Shown here piece after piece: positions 1-10,090 of a stretch of 64,000 nucleotides of DNA. Numbering within the stretch: the stretch's first letter is position 1; the number at the start of each line of letters is the position of its first letter. The notes under the pieces were generated by a model. It saw only the letters and a list, made by a program, of their open reading frames with translations. It was not told where the DNA came from and did no database searches. Source of the DNA: Clostridiales bacterium (lineage in GTDB: Bacteria > Bacillota > Clostridia > Christensenellales > UBA1242); assembly GCA_015055905.1 (NCBI GenBank), contig SVHI01000001.1:5364-69363 (forward strand). Reading direction: 5' to 3'. The position numbers and the translations under genes are program-made.

Positions 1-261
1 ATCCTATCTGAAAAGAGCTATGCAGACATAGCAAACAAAAAATACTACTTTGAAGTTGCTAAAAAAGCTACAAAAACTCAAGTTAAAGCAGCTGTTGAAG
101 AAATCTTCAAAGTTAAAGTTGAAAGCGTTAACACACTTAACGTTTACGGAAAAATTAAGAGACAAGGCAGAACCGAAGGCTTAACTGGCAACTACAAAAA
201 AGCAGTTGTTCAACTTGCTGCTGACAGCAAGTCAATCGAATTCTTCGATAGCTTGTCATAA
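1..261 (+). CDS. rplW: 50S ribosomal protein L23 (5' end cut by window edge)
   Basis: Frame 1 is open from base 1 to TAA at 259-261. Translation ILSEKSYADIANKKYYFEVAKKATKTQVKAAVEEIFKVKVESVNTLNVYGKIKRQGR... is L23-like, and it lies directly upstream of rplB. Confidence 0.93.
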   Translation: MLSEKSYADIANKKYYFEVAKKATKTQVKAAVEEIFKVKVESVNTLNVYGKIKRQGRTEGLTGNYKKAVVQLAADSKSIEFFDSLS

Positions 262-282
262 GATTAGGAGAGGAGAAGAATT

Positions 283-1110
283 ATGGCAATTAGAAAATCA
301 AATCCAACAACCAACGGACAAAGATTTAGATCAGTTGCATCATTTGATGAAGTTACAACAAGAACTCCTGAAAAGTCTTTACTTGAAACAAAGAAAAAGA
401 CTGGTGGACGTAACTCTTATGGTAGAATCACTGTTCGTCACATTGGTGGTGGAAATCGTCAAAAATATCGTGTAATTGACTTTAAGAGAAATAAAGACAA
501 TATTCCAGCAAAAGTTGCTTCAATCGAATACGATCCAAACAGATCAGCATATATCGCTCTTTTGAACTATGTTGATGGTGAAAAGAGATACATCTTGGCT
601 CCTATTGGACTTGCTGTAGGTGATATGGTTGAAAGCGGTGAAAACGCTGAAATTAAAGTTGGTAACACACTTCCATTAACAAAAATTCCTGTAGGTTCAG
701 TTATTCATAACATTGAATTCACTCCAGGTAAAGGTGGAAAAATCGCAAGAAGTGCTGGTATTTCTGCTCAATTTATGGCTCTTGAAAATGGCTATGCAAC
801 ACTTCGTATGCCATCAGGAGAAATGAGAAAAGTTCCAGAAGCTTGCCGTGCAACAATCGGTCAAGTTGGTAACTTTGAACACGAAATTACATCAATCGGT
901 AAAGCCGGTGTTAAACGTCATATGGGCGTTAGACCAACAGTTCGTGGTTCTGCTATGAACCCTGTTGATCACCCACACGGTGGTGGTGAAGGTAGAGCAC
1001 CTGTAGGACACGCTGGTCCTATGACACCTTGGGGCAAACCAGCTCTCGGTTACAAGACTAGAAAGAAAAAGAACAGAACTAACAAACTTATTGTTAAACG
1101 TATTAATTAG
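283..1110 (+). CDS. rplB: 50S ribosomal protein L2
   Basis: 275 aa with L2 hallmarks ([29 protein letters not shown]). GGAG-type RBS upstream; conserved operon position. Confidence 0.98.
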   Translation: MAIRKSNPTTNGQRFRSVASFDEVTTRTPEKSLLETKKKTGGRNSYGRITVRHIGGGNRQKYRVIDFKRNKDNIPAKVASIEYDPNRSAYIALLNYVDGEKRYILAPIGLAVGDMVESGENAEIKVGNTLPLTKIPVGSVIHNIEFTPGKGGKIARSAGISAQFMALENGYATLRMPSGEMRKVPEACRATIGQVGNFEHEITSIGKAGVKRHMGVRPTVRGSAMNPVDHPHGGGEGRAPVGHAGPMTPWGKPALGYKTRKKKNRTNKLIVKRIN

Positions 1111-1121
1111 GAGACAAAGAT

Positions 1122-1403
1122 ATGAGTAGATCAGTAAAGAAAGGCCCATTCGTGGAAGAAAGCCTTATGAAGAAAATTGAAGCTATGAATGCAGCTAACG
1201 ATAAGCACGTTGTTAAAACTTGGTCACGTTCTTCTACTATTGTTCCAGATATGGTTGGTCACACAATCGCTGTTTATGATGGTAGAAAACACGTTCCTGT
1301 TTACATCACTGCTGAAATGGTTTCATGTAAACTCGGTGAATTTGCACCTACAAGAACATTTAAAGGACACGCTGGTGCAAAAGCTTTGAAGGGAGGTAGA
1401 TAA
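1122..1403 (+). CDS. rpsS: 30S ribosomal protein S19
   Basis: 93 aa, [11 protein letters not shown]...[17 protein letters not shown] signature; operon order. Confidence 0.98.
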   Translation: MSRSVKKGPFVEESLMKKIEAMNAANDKHVVKTWSRSSTIVPDMVGHTIAVYDGRKHVPVYITAEMVSCKLGEFAPTRTFKGHAGAKALKGGR

Positions 1404-1405
1404 TA

Positions 1406-1795
1406 ATGGCAACAAGACAAAGAGAAAGAGCTGAAAGAAATGCTCAAAACGCTGATAAGCGTCCAAGAGCTATTGCAAAAAACCTTAGAGTATCTCCTTC
1501 AAAGGTTAGAATCGTTCTTAACATCATTCGTGGTAAGGACTATTTAGAAGCTGATGCAATTTTGAGAAATATGCCAAACGTTGGTGCTGAATATGCAGTT
1601 AAGGTTTTGGAAAGTGCAGCAGCAAACGCAGAAAACAATTTAGGTATGAACAAAGCTAACCTTTACGTTGCTGAATGCTATGCAGACGGCGCAGCTGTTT
1701 TGAAGAGATATCAACCAGTTAGCAAAGGTAGAGCACACTCAATTAAAAAGAGAACAAGCCATATCACAATCATTCTTGATGAGAAAAAGGCTTAA
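1406..1795 (+). CDS. rplV: 50S ribosomal protein L22
   Basis: 129 aa; RVSPSKVRIVLNIIRGK and KRTSHITIIL motifs; operon order. Confidence 0.97.
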   Translation: MATRQRERAERNAQNADKRPRAIAKNLRVSPSKVRIVLNIIRGKDYLEADAILRNMPNVGAEYAVKVLESAAANAENNLGMNKANLYVAECYADGAAVLKRYQPVSKGRAHSIKKRTSHITIILDEKKA

Positions 1796-1816
1796 GAAAA
1801 GGTAGAGGAGGAAAAT

Positions 1817-2482
1817 ATGGGACAAAAAGTTAATCCACACGGATACAGAGTTGGTATTAACAAGAGTTGGGACAGCAACTGGATTGCTGACAAGAAGCTT
1901 ATTGCTACTTACATTCTTGAAGATAACAAAATCCGTGAATTCATTGAAAACAAATACAAAAACTGTAGCATCGCTAAAGTTGCTATTGAAAGAAACAATG
2001 ACAATTCAGTTTTACTTTCACTCTACACTTCTAGACCTGGTATGGTAATTGGTCAAAAAGGTGCTGGAGTTGAAGCTATGAAAGCTGCAATTTCAAAACA
2101 CATTGGTGGCAAAACTGTTAACATTAATGTTATGGAAGTTAAGCAACCAGACCTCAATGCACAACTTGTTGCTGAATCAATCGCTCAACAACTCGACCAG
2201 CGTGTAGTTTGTCGTAGAGCTATGAAACAAGCTATTGCTAGATGTCAAAAAGCAGGCGTTAAAGGTGTTAAGGTAATGGTATCTGGACGTATCAATAACG
2301 CTGAAATCGCTAGAAGTGAAACCCTTCACTTCGGTTCAATTCCACTTCAAACACTTCGTGCAGACATTGATTATGGCTTCGCTGAAGGCACAATCTATGG
2401 TAAACTTGGTGTTAAAGTTTGGATTTATAAAGGCGAAATTCTTGGTAAAGTAAACCTCGTAAAACAAGGAGGTAACAACTAA
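1817..2482 (+). CDS. rpsC: 30S ribosomal protein S3
   Basis: 221 aa, [14 protein letters not shown]... KH-domain S3 signature. Confidence 0.98.
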   Translation: MGQKVNPHGYRVGINKSWDSNWIADKKLIATYILEDNKIREFIENKYKNCSIAKVAIERNNDNSVLLSLYTSRPGMVIGQKGAGVEAMKAAISKHIGGKTVNINVMEVKQPDLNAQLVAESIAQQLDQRVVCRRAMKQAIARCQKAGVKGVKVMVSGRINNAEIARSETLHFGSIPLQTLRADIDYGFAEGTIYGKLGVKVWIYKGEILGKVNLVKQGGNN

Positions 2483-2922
2483 TGTTAATGCCAAAGAGAG
2501 TTAAAAGAAGAAAGGTTCAAAGAGGCAGAATGACAGGTAAAGCTACTCGTGGTACAAAAGTTACTTACGGTGCTTATGGCTTAGCTGCTACAGAGCCTTG
2601 TTGGATTACATCAAACCAACTTGAAGCTGGACGTATCACAATCAACAGATGCTTCCAAAGAGGCGGAAAAGTTTGGATTAATGTATTCCCAGATAAACCA
2701 GTAACAAAGAAACCAGCAGATACTCGTATGGGTTCTGGTAAAGGTTCTCCAGAATACTGGGTTGCTGTTGTTAAACCAGGCAGAGTAATTTTTGAGGTTC
2801 AAGGTCCAACAGACGAACTTATGATTAAAGCATTGAAGAAAGCTCAATACAAACTTCCTTGCGCAACAAAAATCATTAAGAAAGAAGCTCCAGTTGCTGC
2901 TGCTGAAAAGGAGGCTAAATAA
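2482..2922 (+). CDS. rplP: 50S ribosomal protein L16
   Basis: 146 aa, [11 protein letters not shown]...; TAATG overlap with the rpsC stop. Confidence 0.98.
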   Translation: MLMPKRVKRRKVQRGRMTGKATRGTKVTYGAYGLAATEPCWITSNQLEAGRITINRCFQRGGKVWINVFPDKPVTKKPADTRMGSGKGSPEYWVAVVKPGRVIFEVQGPTDELMIKALKKAQYKLPCATKIIKKEAPVAAAEKEAK

Positions 2923-2924
2923 TT

Positions 2925-3194
2925 ATGAAGAATGTTGATTTTAATTCACTTACAAACAGTGAACTCGTTGAAAAACTTGCTTCTTTGAAGTCAGAACTTT
3001 TCAATTTAAGATTCACACACGCTACAGGTAGTTTGACAAACAATAGTGCACTTGCTATCTGCAAGAGAAACATTGCTAGAGTTAAAACTGTTATTCGTCA
3101 AAGAGAATTGGGCCTCGCACAAGCTCCTGAAAAAGAAGCTGTAAAAAAATCTACAAAAAAAGCTGCAAAAGTCGATGCAGAAGTTAAAGGTTAA
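2925..3194 (+). CDS. rpmC: 50S ribosomal protein L29 (with K-rich C-terminal extension)
   Basis: 89 aa; L29 core ELFNLRFTHATGSLTNNSAL, then an extra ~25 aa tail EKEAVKKSTKKAAKVDAEVKG. Confidence 0.95.
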   Translation: MKNVDFNSLTNSELVEKLASLKSELFNLRFTHATGSLTNNSALAICKRNIARVKTVIRQRELGLAQAPEKEAVKKSTKKAAKVDAEVKG

Positions 3195-3202
3195 GGTGAA
3201 AT

Positions 3203-3469
3203 ATGGCAAACGTAATTGAAAGAAATGAAAGAAAAACCAGAATTGGTGAAGTTGTAAGCAACAAAATGGACAAAACCATTGTTGTTCTTTTGAAAACAAA
3301 AGTTATGCATCCTGTATATGGAAAAACACTTAATCATTCAACAAAAGTTAAGGCTGATGATCCAGAAAATACTTGCGATATCGGCGATACAGTAGAAATT
3401 ACTGAAACTCGTCCACTTAGCAAAGGTAAGAGATGGCGCCTTGTTAGAATTGTTGAAAAAGTAAAATAA
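3203..3469 (+). CDS. rpsQ: 30S ribosomal protein S17
   Basis: 88 aa; [14 protein letters not shown]...HPVYGK...[14 protein letters not shown] signature. Confidence 0.97.
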   Translation: MANVIERNERKTRIGEVVSNKMDKTIVVLLKTKVMHPVYGKTLNHSTKVKADDPENTCDIGDTVEITETRPLSKGKRWRLVRIVEKVK

Positions 3470-3488
3470 TGAATAGGAGATAGCAAAT

Positions 3489-3860
3489 ATGATTCAACCA
3501 CAAACAAGACTCAGAGTTGCTGACAACTCAGGCGCTAAGGAAATTATGTGCTTCCACGTTGTTGGTGGTTCTGTTGTTAAAACTGCTAATATCGGAGACA
3601 TTATTAAAGCTTCTGTAAAATCTGCTACACCAGGCGCTCACATTAAGAAAGGTGACGTTGTTACCGCTGTTATTGTTAGAACACAAAAAGGTGTTAGAAG
3701 AGAAGACGGCAGTTACATTAAATTCGATGATAACGCTGCAGTTATTATAAACAATGATGGAAACCCAAAGGGCACACGTATCTTTGGACCTGTTGCTCGT
3801 GAACTTCGTGCTAATCCAAAATTTATGAAAATTATTTCACTTGCACCAGAAGTTTTATAA
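3489..3860 (+). CDS. rplN: 50S ribosomal protein L14
   Basis: 123 aa, [18 protein letters not shown]... canonical L14. Confidence 0.98.
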   Translation: MIQPQTRLRVADNSGAKEIMCFHVVGGSVVKTANIGDIIKASVKSATPGAHIKKGDVVTAVIVRTQKGVRREDGSYIKFDDNAAVIINNDGNPKGTRIFGPVARELRANPKFMKIISLAPEVL

Positions 3861-3872
3861 GGAGGAAGGATA

Positions 3873-4382
3873 ATGAAAGTTAGTATTAAAACTGGCGATA
3901 CCGTTCTTGTAAATTCCGGAAAAGACTCTGGCAAAAAGGGAAAGGTATTAGCTATAAGACAAACAAAAAAAGGTGTTAGAGTTCTCGTTGAAGGCGTTAA
4001 CATCGTAACAAAAGCAAAGAAAGCAAGAACAGCTCAAGATAAGAGCGAACTTGTTAAAAGAGAAGCTGCAATCGACGTATCAAACGTTAATGTTGTATGT
4101 CCATCTTGCGGCAAACCTACACGTGTTAAACACGCTGTTGTTGATGGAAAGAAAGTAAGAGTATGTTCTTGCGGTTCTGTTCTTGATACAAAATTTGTTA
4201 AAGAAACAAAAACAAAGAAAGTAGCTGCTGAAAAGACAGCTGATGAAAAGAAAGCAGAAAAGAAAACTGCTACAGAAAAAAAGTCGAAAGTTACAACAAC
4301 CAAAGCTGCTAATGAAAAAGCAACCAAAACTGCTGAAACTAAGAAGCCTACAACTGCTAGATCTTCACAAAGAGGAGTGTAA
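3873..4382 (+). CDS. rplX: 50S ribosomal protein L24, long form (Cys4 knuckle plus K/T/A-rich tail)
   Basis: 169 aa. KOW motif [18 protein letters not shown], then [10 protein letters not shown]...VRVCSCG, then a ~60 aa tail [22 protein letters not shown]... Confidence 0.95.
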   Translation: MKVSIKTGDTVLVNSGKDSGKKGKVLAIRQTKKGVRVLVEGVNIVTKAKKARTAQDKSELVKREAAIDVSNVNVVCPSCGKPTRVKHAVVDGKKVRVCSCGSVLDTKFVKETKTKKVAAEKTADEKKAEKKTATEKKSKVTTTKAANEKATKTAETKKPTTARSSQRGV

Positions 4383-4385
4383 TCT

Positions 4386-4949
4386 ATGGCAAATACAAAG
4401 ACAACCGGAATCAGACTTAAAGACAAATACAATGCAGAAGTTGTTCCTGCAATGATTAAAAAGTTTGGTTACAAAAATGTTAATGAAGTTCCAAAGATTG
4501 ACAAAATCGTATTGAATATGGGACTTGGTGATGTTAAAGATAACTCAAAGAGTTTTAACATCGCAGTTGATGAACTTGCAGTAATTTCTGGTCAAAAACC
4601 AGTTGTTACAACAGCTAAGAAATCTATCGCTAACTTCAAACTTAGAGCTGGTCAAAAGATTGGTGCTAAAGTTACTCTTCGTGGTAAGAGAATGTATGAA
4701 TTTATGGATAGACTTATTGCAATCGCTCTTCCAAAGGTTCGTGACTTTAGAGGTATTGATGCTTCTACTGGTTTTGACGGAAGAGGTAACTATACTTATG
4801 GTATTAAGGAACAATTAATTTTCCCTGAAATCGTTTATGATAAAATCGAGAAAATTAGAGGTTTCGACGTAAGCTTTGTTACTTCAGCTAAATCAGATGA
4901 AGAAGCAAGAGAACTTCTCAAACTTATGGGAATGCCTTTTAAGGCCTAA
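4386..4949 (+). CDS. rplE: 50S ribosomal protein L5
   Basis: 187 aa; [14 protein letters not shown]...[29 protein letters not shown] signature. Confidence 0.98.
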   Translation: MANTKTTGIRLKDKYNAEVVPAMIKKFGYKNVNEVPKIDKIVLNMGLGDVKDNSKSFNIAVDELAVISGQKPVVTTAKKSIANFKLRAGQKIGAKVTLRGKRMYEFMDRLIAIALPKVRDFRGIDASTGFDGRGNYTYGIKEQLIFPEIVYDKIEKIRGFDVSFVTSAKSDEEARELLKLMGMPFKA

Positions 4950-4970
4950 CGGAATTTAAGGAGAAAGAAA

Positions 4971-5156
4971 ATGGCAAAAAAATCAATGGTTAATAAACAA
5001 CAGGCTCCACAAAAATATAAAACACGTGAATATACACGTTGTTCAATTTGTGGAAGACCTCATTCAGTTCTTAGAAAATATGGCATTTGCCGTATCTGCT
5101 TTAGAGAACTTGCATATAAAGGTCAAATCCCTGGAATTAAAAAATCTAGCTGGTAA
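4971..5156 (+). CDS. rpsZ: 30S ribosomal protein S14, zinc-binding type Z
   Basis: 61 aa with CSICGRPHS...CRICFRE (CxxC...CxxC). Confidence 0.97.
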   Translation: MAKKSMVNKQQAPQKYKTREYTRCSICGRPHSVLRKYGICRICFRELAYKGQIPGIKKSSW

Positions 5157-5177
5157 TATATAGGAGGATAGATAAGT

Positions 5178-5576
5178 ATGGTTAATGATTCAATCGCAGA
5201 TTTGCTCACTCGAATCAGAAATGCTCAAACAGCAAGACACGACAGTGTTACAGTTGAAACTTCAATTATGAAGAAATCAATCGCACAAATCTTGCTCGAT
5301 GAAGGTTACATTTCAGCTTTCGATGAAGTAGAAAATGGCAACAAGAACAAGAATCTTGTTATCACATTAAAATATGTTAATAAAAATCAAAAAGTTATTA
5401 CTGGCTTAAAACGTATTTCAAAACCTGGTCGTAGAATTTATGCATCTTGTGAAGAACTCCCAAGAGTTCTTAACGGACTTGGTATTGTTATTGTTTCAAC
5501 ATCTAAAGGTGTTATGACCGATAGAGAAGCTAGAAAACTTGGTATTGGTGGCGAAGTTCTCGCCTACGTATGGTAA
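5178..5576 (+). CDS. rpsH: 30S ribosomal protein S8
   Basis: 132 aa, [18 protein letters not shown]...GGEVLAYVW. Confidence 0.98.
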   Translation: MVNDSIADLLTRIRNAQTARHDSVTVETSIMKKSIAQILLDEGYISAFDEVENGNKNKNLVITLKYVNKNQKVITGLKRISKPGRRIYASCEELPRVLNGLGIVIVSTSKGVMTDREARKLGIGGEVLAYVW

Positions 5577-5588
5577 GGAGGAAAGAAG

Positions 5589-6152
5589 ATGAGTCGTATA
5601 GGAAAAGCTCCAATCGTTCTTCCTGAAAATGTTACTATGACAGTTTCTGACACAAACGTTGTTACAGTTACTGGTCCAAAGGGAACACTTTCTCAACAAA
5701 TTACAGGTAACATTTCTGTATGTTTGGAAGAACAAGACAACAAAAAAGTTATTATTCTTAAAGCTAATGACGAGTTGAAAGAAACAAACGCTAAACACGG
5801 TTTGTATAGAGCTCTCATTGCTAACTTGGTTACTGGCGTTTCAGCTGGTTTCTCAAAATCAATCACAATCAATGGTGTTGGTTACAAATGTGCCGTTCAA
5901 GGCAACAAATTAGTTCTTAATATTGGTTTCTCACATCCAGTTAACGTTGACATTCCAAACGGACTTACTGTTACTTGCCCAAGCATCACAGAAATCGTGG
6001 TTTCAGGCATTGACAAAGTTCAAGTTGGACAATGGGCTGCTGATGTAAAAGCAATTAAGAAAGTTGAACCATATCACGGTTATGGTATTTATTATACAAA
6101 CGAACACGTTCGTAGAAAAGAAATTAAGAAGACATCATCAGGTAAGAAGTAA
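5589..6152 (+). CDS. rplF: 50S ribosomal protein L6
   Basis: 187 aa, MSRIGKAPIVLPENV...GVGYK...EPYHGYGI. Confidence 0.97.
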   Translation: MSRIGKAPIVLPENVTMTVSDTNVVTVTGPKGTLSQQITGNISVCLEEQDNKKVIILKANDELKETNAKHGLYRALIANLVTGVSAGFSKSITINGVGYKCAVQGNKLVLNIGFSHPVNVDIPNGLTVTCPSITEIVVSGIDKVQVGQWAADVKAIKKVEPYHGYGIYYTNEHVRRKEIKKTSSGKK

Positions 6153-6163
6153 GGAGATAAGAT

Positions 6164-6532
6164 ATGTTTAAGAAAGAAAACAAAAACGAAGTTAGAAAAG
6201 CTAAGCATACTCGTATTCGCCACACTTTAAGTGGTTCTGCTGATATGCCTAGACTTAATGTATATCGTTCATTAAAAGAAATTTCTGCTCAACTTATCAA
6301 TGATAGAGAAGGCAGAACACTTTGCAGCGCTTCTAGCCAAGAAAAAGCTTTGGCTAAAGCTGTTGAAGGTAAAACAAAAGTTGAACAAGCTTACGAAATC
6401 GGTAAAGTTATCGGTGAAAGAGCTATTAAACTTGGAATCAAAAAAGTCGTATTTGACCGTAGCGGATATGCTTACACAGGTCGTGTTAAAAATTTAGCTG
6501 ATGGCGCAAGAAGCGCTGGGCTCGAATTTTAA
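6164..6532 (+). CDS. rplR: 50S ribosomal protein L18
   Basis: 122 aa; RIRHTLSGSADMPRLNVYRSLKEI...FDRSGYAYTGRVKNLADGARSAGLEF. Confidence 0.97.
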   Translation: MFKKENKNEVRKAKHTRIRHTLSGSADMPRLNVYRSLKEISAQLINDREGRTLCSASSQEKALAKAVEGKTKVEQAYEIGKVIGERAIKLGIKKVVFDRSGYAYTGRVKNLADGARSAGLEF

Positions 6533-6541
6533 GGAGTTGCA

Positions 6542-7165
6542 ATGGCAGAAGAATTGGAAACAAAAGTTGAAGAAACAGTTGAAGCTACAGAAGTTAGCGA
6601 AAATGTTGAAACAGCTGAAAACAAAAAAGAAGCTAATGGCAGAGCTCGTAGACCAAGAAAAGACGGCAACCGTCGTCCAGAAAAGGTTTCTGACGGCCTC
6701 GAAAAGAGAATGGTTAACCTTAACGCTATTTCTAAAGTAACAAAGGGTGGAAAAACTCTTCGTTATGACGCACTTATGGTAGTAGGTGACAAGAATGGTA
6801 AGGTTGGTATCGGTCTCGCTAAAGCGCTTGACGTTACTCAAGCTATTGAAAAAGCAACTCTTGTTGCTAAGAAAAATATGATTAACGTTTGCATCGATGG
6901 AACTACAATTCCTCACGACGTCATTGGTAAATTTGGAACAACCAAAGTTATTATGATGGCTGCTAAAGAAGGTAAAGGTATCATCGCTGGTGGCGTTGTT
7001 CGTGACGTAGTTGAACTTGCTGGTATCAAAGATATCACAACAAAACTTTACGGTTCAAATAACCCAGTTAACTGTGTAAAGGCTGCATTTGAAGGTCTTA
7101 AATCTCTTAGAACAGCTGAAGAAATCGCTGCTCTTCGTGGTAAAACAGTTGACGAAATTAGATAG
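6542..7165 (+). CDS. rpsE: 30S ribosomal protein S5 (acidic/basic N-terminal extension)
   Basis: 207 aa. S5 core VNLNAISKVTKGGKTLRYDALMVVGDKNGKVGIG preceded by ~45 extra residues MAEELETKVEETVEATEVSENVETAENKKEANGRARRPRK. Confidence 0.96.
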   Translation: MAEELETKVEETVEATEVSENVETAENKKEANGRARRPRKDGNRRPEKVSDGLEKRMVNLNAISKVTKGGKTLRYDALMVVGDKNGKVGIGLAKALDVTQAIEKATLVAKKNMINVCIDGTTIPHDVIGKFGTTKVIMMAAKEGKGIIAGGVVRDVVELAGIKDITTKLYGSNNPVNCVKAAFEGLKSLRTAEEIAALRGKTVDEIR

Positions 7166-7178
7166 GAGGAAGACATAA

Positions 7179-7634
7179 ATGGCAGAAACAAAGAAAGTGG
7201 CAGAAACAAAAACAGTTAAGTCTTCTGAGAAAAAAGCAGCAGCTCCAAAAGCTACTGCAGCTAAAAAGACAACAACAAAAGCAGCAGCTCCAAAAGCTAC
7301 TGCAGAAAAGAAGGCAACAGCTCCAAAGGCTGCTGCTACAAAAACAACAACAGCTAAAAAAGCAGCTCCAAAAGCTGAAGTTAAAGCTGAAACAGCAGCT
7401 GTAGAAGTTGCTCCAGTTAAAGCAACTGAAACAAAGAAAACAACAAAACCAGCTGGCGATATGCTTAAAGTTACTCTTGTTAAGAGTGGTTCAGGCAGAC
7501 TTGAAAAACAAACAAGAACTCTTGAAGCTCTTGGTCTCAGAAAGACAAATTCTTTCAACATCGTTCCAGACAACGCTGCAATTCGTGGTATGATTTTTGT
7601 TGTTAAGCATTTAGTTAAAGTTGAAAAAGTATAA
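7179..7634 (+). CDS. rpmD: 50S ribosomal protein L30 with ~90 aa K/A/T/P-rich N-terminal extension
   Basis: 151 aa. The C-terminal ~58 aa ([31 protein letters not shown]...) is a complete L30. The N-terminal part is the repetitive KAAAPKATA(A/E)KK unit. Confidence 0.93.
   Translation: MAETKKVAETKTVKSSEKKAAAPKATAAKKTTTKAAAPKATAEKKATAPKAAATKTTTAKKAAPKAEVKAETAAVEVAPVKATETKKTTKPAGDMLKVTLVKSGSGRLEKQTRTLEALGLRKTNSFNIVPDNAAIRGMIFVVKHLVKVEKV
7232..7305 (+). repeat. In-frame tandem coding repeat inside rpmD (29-nt perfect copies, 45-nt period)
   Basis: AAAAGCAGCAGCTCCAAAAGCTACTGCAG occurs at 7232-7260 and again at 7277-7305. More degenerate copies follow to about 7380. Confidence 0.9.
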
Positions 7635-7651
7635 TAAGGAGAAACGCGTTT

Positions 7652-8095
7652 ATGAAAATTCACGAATTGAAACCAGCTGAAGGTTCTGTTAAGTCAAGCA
7701 AGAGACTTGGCCGTGGTATTGGTTCTGGTCTTGGCAAAACTTCTGGTAAAGGTCATAAAGGTCAAAATGCTAGAAGCGGCGGTGGAGTTAGACAAGGTTT
7801 TGAAGGTGGACAAATGCCTTTGATTCGTCAACTTCCAAAAATTGGCTTTACAAACAACTTTAGAAAGGTTTATACTACAATTAATGTTGGTGAGTTAGAA
7901 GTTTTCGAAAATGGAACAACTGTAACAGTTGAACTTTTGAAATCTAAGAACATTATCGCTAAAATCGAGCCTTATGGTTTGAAAGTTTTAGGTAATGGAA
8001 CTCTTACTAAATCATTAAACGTTCAAGCTGCTAAATTTACTGATGGAGCAGCTAAAAAAATAACCGCTGCAGGCGGAACTATTGAGGTAAAATAA
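7652..8095 (+). CDS. rplO: 50S ribosomal protein L15
   Basis: 147 aa, [38 protein letters not shown]. Confidence 0.98.
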   Translation: MKIHELKPAEGSVKSSKRLGRGIGSGLGKTSGKGHKGQNARSGGGVRQGFEGGQMPLIRQLPKIGFTNNFRKVYTTINVGELEVFENGTTVTVELLKSKNIIAKIEPYGLKVLGNGTLTKSLNVQAAKFTDGAAKKITAAGGTIEVK

Positions 8096-9399
8096 TGTTC
8101 AAAACCCTTGGAAGCGCATTCAAAAATCGTGAACTTAGAAAGAGTATAATTATCACATTATTGCTCCTTTTAGTCTATCGTTTGGGTTGCTTTTTACCAA
8201 CACCAGGCTTAGATAGTTCACTCTATTCAAATATTGCAAATGATGACGTCACAGGTCTTTTAAGTTTGCTTAATGCTGTGACTGGTAGTGCTCTCGCTAA
8301 TGCTTCAATATTTGCACTTGGTGTAACACCTTACATCAACGCTTCTATTATTGTTCAGCTTTTGGCTGTAGCAATACCAGCACTCGAACGTCTTTCAAAA
8401 GAAGGCGATGAAGGTAGAAACAAAATTAACCTCATCACTAAAATCACAGCACTTATCCTTGCCCTTGCTCAAGGTCTTGGAATTGTGCTTGGTCTTGGTG
8501 GAGATTATATTGTTCCTATTTTTGGTGCAAATTTGAAATGGCTTACAAGTGTAGTCGTAATTTTAATTTTAATGGCGGGAACATGTTTTACAATGTGGCT
8601 TGGTGACAAAATCACAGAGCAAGGCATTGGTAATGGTTTATCACTTATTATCTTCGTTGGTATCATTGCTACTGCTGCACAATCAATTGTTAATGCTATT
8701 AAAAACATTCAATATAGTATCACTTATTTGTGGGAACTTGTTGGTTTCCTTGCACTTGTTCTTCTTATTTTCTTCCTTATCGCATTTGTTGATATGGCTG
8801 AAAGAAGAATTACAGTTCAATATACAAAACAAGTTAAAGGTAACAAAATGTATGGTGGTCAATCATCATATATTCCAATGAAAGTGAACTCAAGTGGTGT
8901 AATGCCAATAATCTTTGCGTCAGCAATTATTACATTCCCATCACTTATCATTTCACTCTTTGGTAAAGATGCAACCAGCGGAGGTTTCGCTGGATTTTGG
9001 TTTAAATATTTTGGAACAGGCACTGTTCTTTACAGTATTTTAACCGCATTATTGATTTTGTTCTTTGCATATTTCTATGCACAAATTCAATTTAACCCTC
9101 ACGACGTTAGTTTAAATATTCAACAACACGGTGGTTTCATTCCTGGTATTCGTCCTGGAAAACCAACAATGGAATATTTGAAGAAAGTTTCAAACAGAAT
9201 CACACTTTTTGGCGCAATTTTCTTGGCATTCATAGCCCTTGTGCCATCAGTTATGTTCTCAGCAGTCGCTGTAGGTTCTCAAGGCCTTTTGAACGGCTTC
9301 ACTGCAACTGGTATGCTTATCGTAGTTTCTGTTGCTATTGAAATTAGAGACCAACTTGAAGCTCAACTAATGATGAAGAGACACAAAAACATTTTATAA
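8095..9399 (+). CDS. secY: Preprotein translocase subunit SecY
   Basis: 434 aa polytopic membrane protein in the conserved position after rplO; 1-nt TAATG overlap with the rplO stop. Confidence 0.97.
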   Translation: MFKTLGSAFKNRELRKSIIITLLLLLVYRLGCFLPTPGLDSSLYSNIANDDVTGLLSLLNAVTGSALANASIFALGVTPYINASIIVQLLAVAIPALERLSKEGDEGRNKINLITKITALILALAQGLGIVLGLGGDYIVPIFGANLKWLTSVVVILILMAGTCFTMWLGDKITEQGIGNGLSLIIFVGIIATAAQSIVNAIKNIQYSITYLWELVGFLALVLLIFFLIAFVDMAERRITVQYTKQVKGNKMYGGQSSYIPMKVNSSGVMPIIFASAIITFPSLIISLFGKDATSGGFAGFWFKYFGTGTVLYSILTALLILFFAYFYAQIQFNPHDVSLNIQQHGGFIPGIRPGKPTMEYLKKVSNRITLFGAIFLAFIALVPSVMFSAVAVGSQGLLNGFTATGMLIVVSVAIEIRDQLEAQLMMKRHKNIL

Positions 9400-9441
9400 T
9401 TAGCTAAAAATTAATAATTAATTCAATCTAAGGAGAAATGT

Positions 9442-10089
9442 ATGAACTTTTTGATGTTTGGCGCGCCTATGGCAGGCAAAGGAACTTTAGCAAATGCACT
9501 TGCTGAAGAATACAAATTGCCAACAATTTCAATGGGAGAGCTTTTGAGAAACACAAGCAATCCTACTGTTAAAGAATATCAAGCAAAAGGAATTATGGTT
9601 CCTATGCAAATCGTTCTTGATGTTATCAAGGAAAGACTTTCTCAAGATGACGTTAAGAACGGATACATTCTTGATGGTTTCCCAAGAACACCAGAACAAC
9701 TCACAGCATTTGTTGAGCAAAAAATTGCTGATATCAATGTTGTAGTTAATTTGGAAGTTCCATATGAGACATTGCTCGAAAGAGTAACAGGTAGAAGAAC
9801 CTGCAAAGAATGTGGTTACATTTACAACACAAGCTGGGGTCTTGGTTATGAAACCTGCCCAAAATGTGGTGGTGAATGGGGCATCAGGTCTGATGATAAT
9901 GAGGAAACTTATAAAACCAGATATGATGTTTATATGAAAGAAACATTACCTATCCTTGATTACTTCAAGGGCGAGGGTAAAGTAGTTACTGTTCAAGGTG
10001 AAGCTGAACCAGAACAAAGCTACAACAATATGATTAACGCATTTAAGGCAAGCGATATTGCTGGTCTTAAAGAGTTTATCGAAGGATAG
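9442..10089 (+). CDS. adk: Adenylate kinase (Zn lid type)
   Basis: 215 aa; P-loop GAPMAGKGT; lid CKECG...CPKCGGE...RSDD. Confidence 0.96.
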   Translation: MNFLMFGAPMAGKGTLANALAEEYKLPTISMGELLRNTSNPTVKEYQAKGIMVPMQIVLDVIKERLSQDDVKNGYILDGFPRTPEQLTAFVEQKIADINVVVNLEVPYETLLERVTGRRTCKECGYIYNTSWGLGYETCPKCGGEWGIRSDDNEETYKTRYDVYMKETLPILDYFKGEGKVVTVQGEAEPEQSYNNMINAFKASDIAGLKEFIEG

Positions 10090-10090
10090 T

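Noticed and set aside
7055-7663. 202-aa ORF on the minus strand opposite rpmD, and similar antisense ORFs at 3006-3299, 4034-4432, 6494-6916 and 892-1149
   Set aside because: They mirror low-complexity K/A/E-rich or highly conserved r-protein coding sequence. Their translations are F/S/A-rich nonsense without RBS, and the sense-strand genes are unambiguous.
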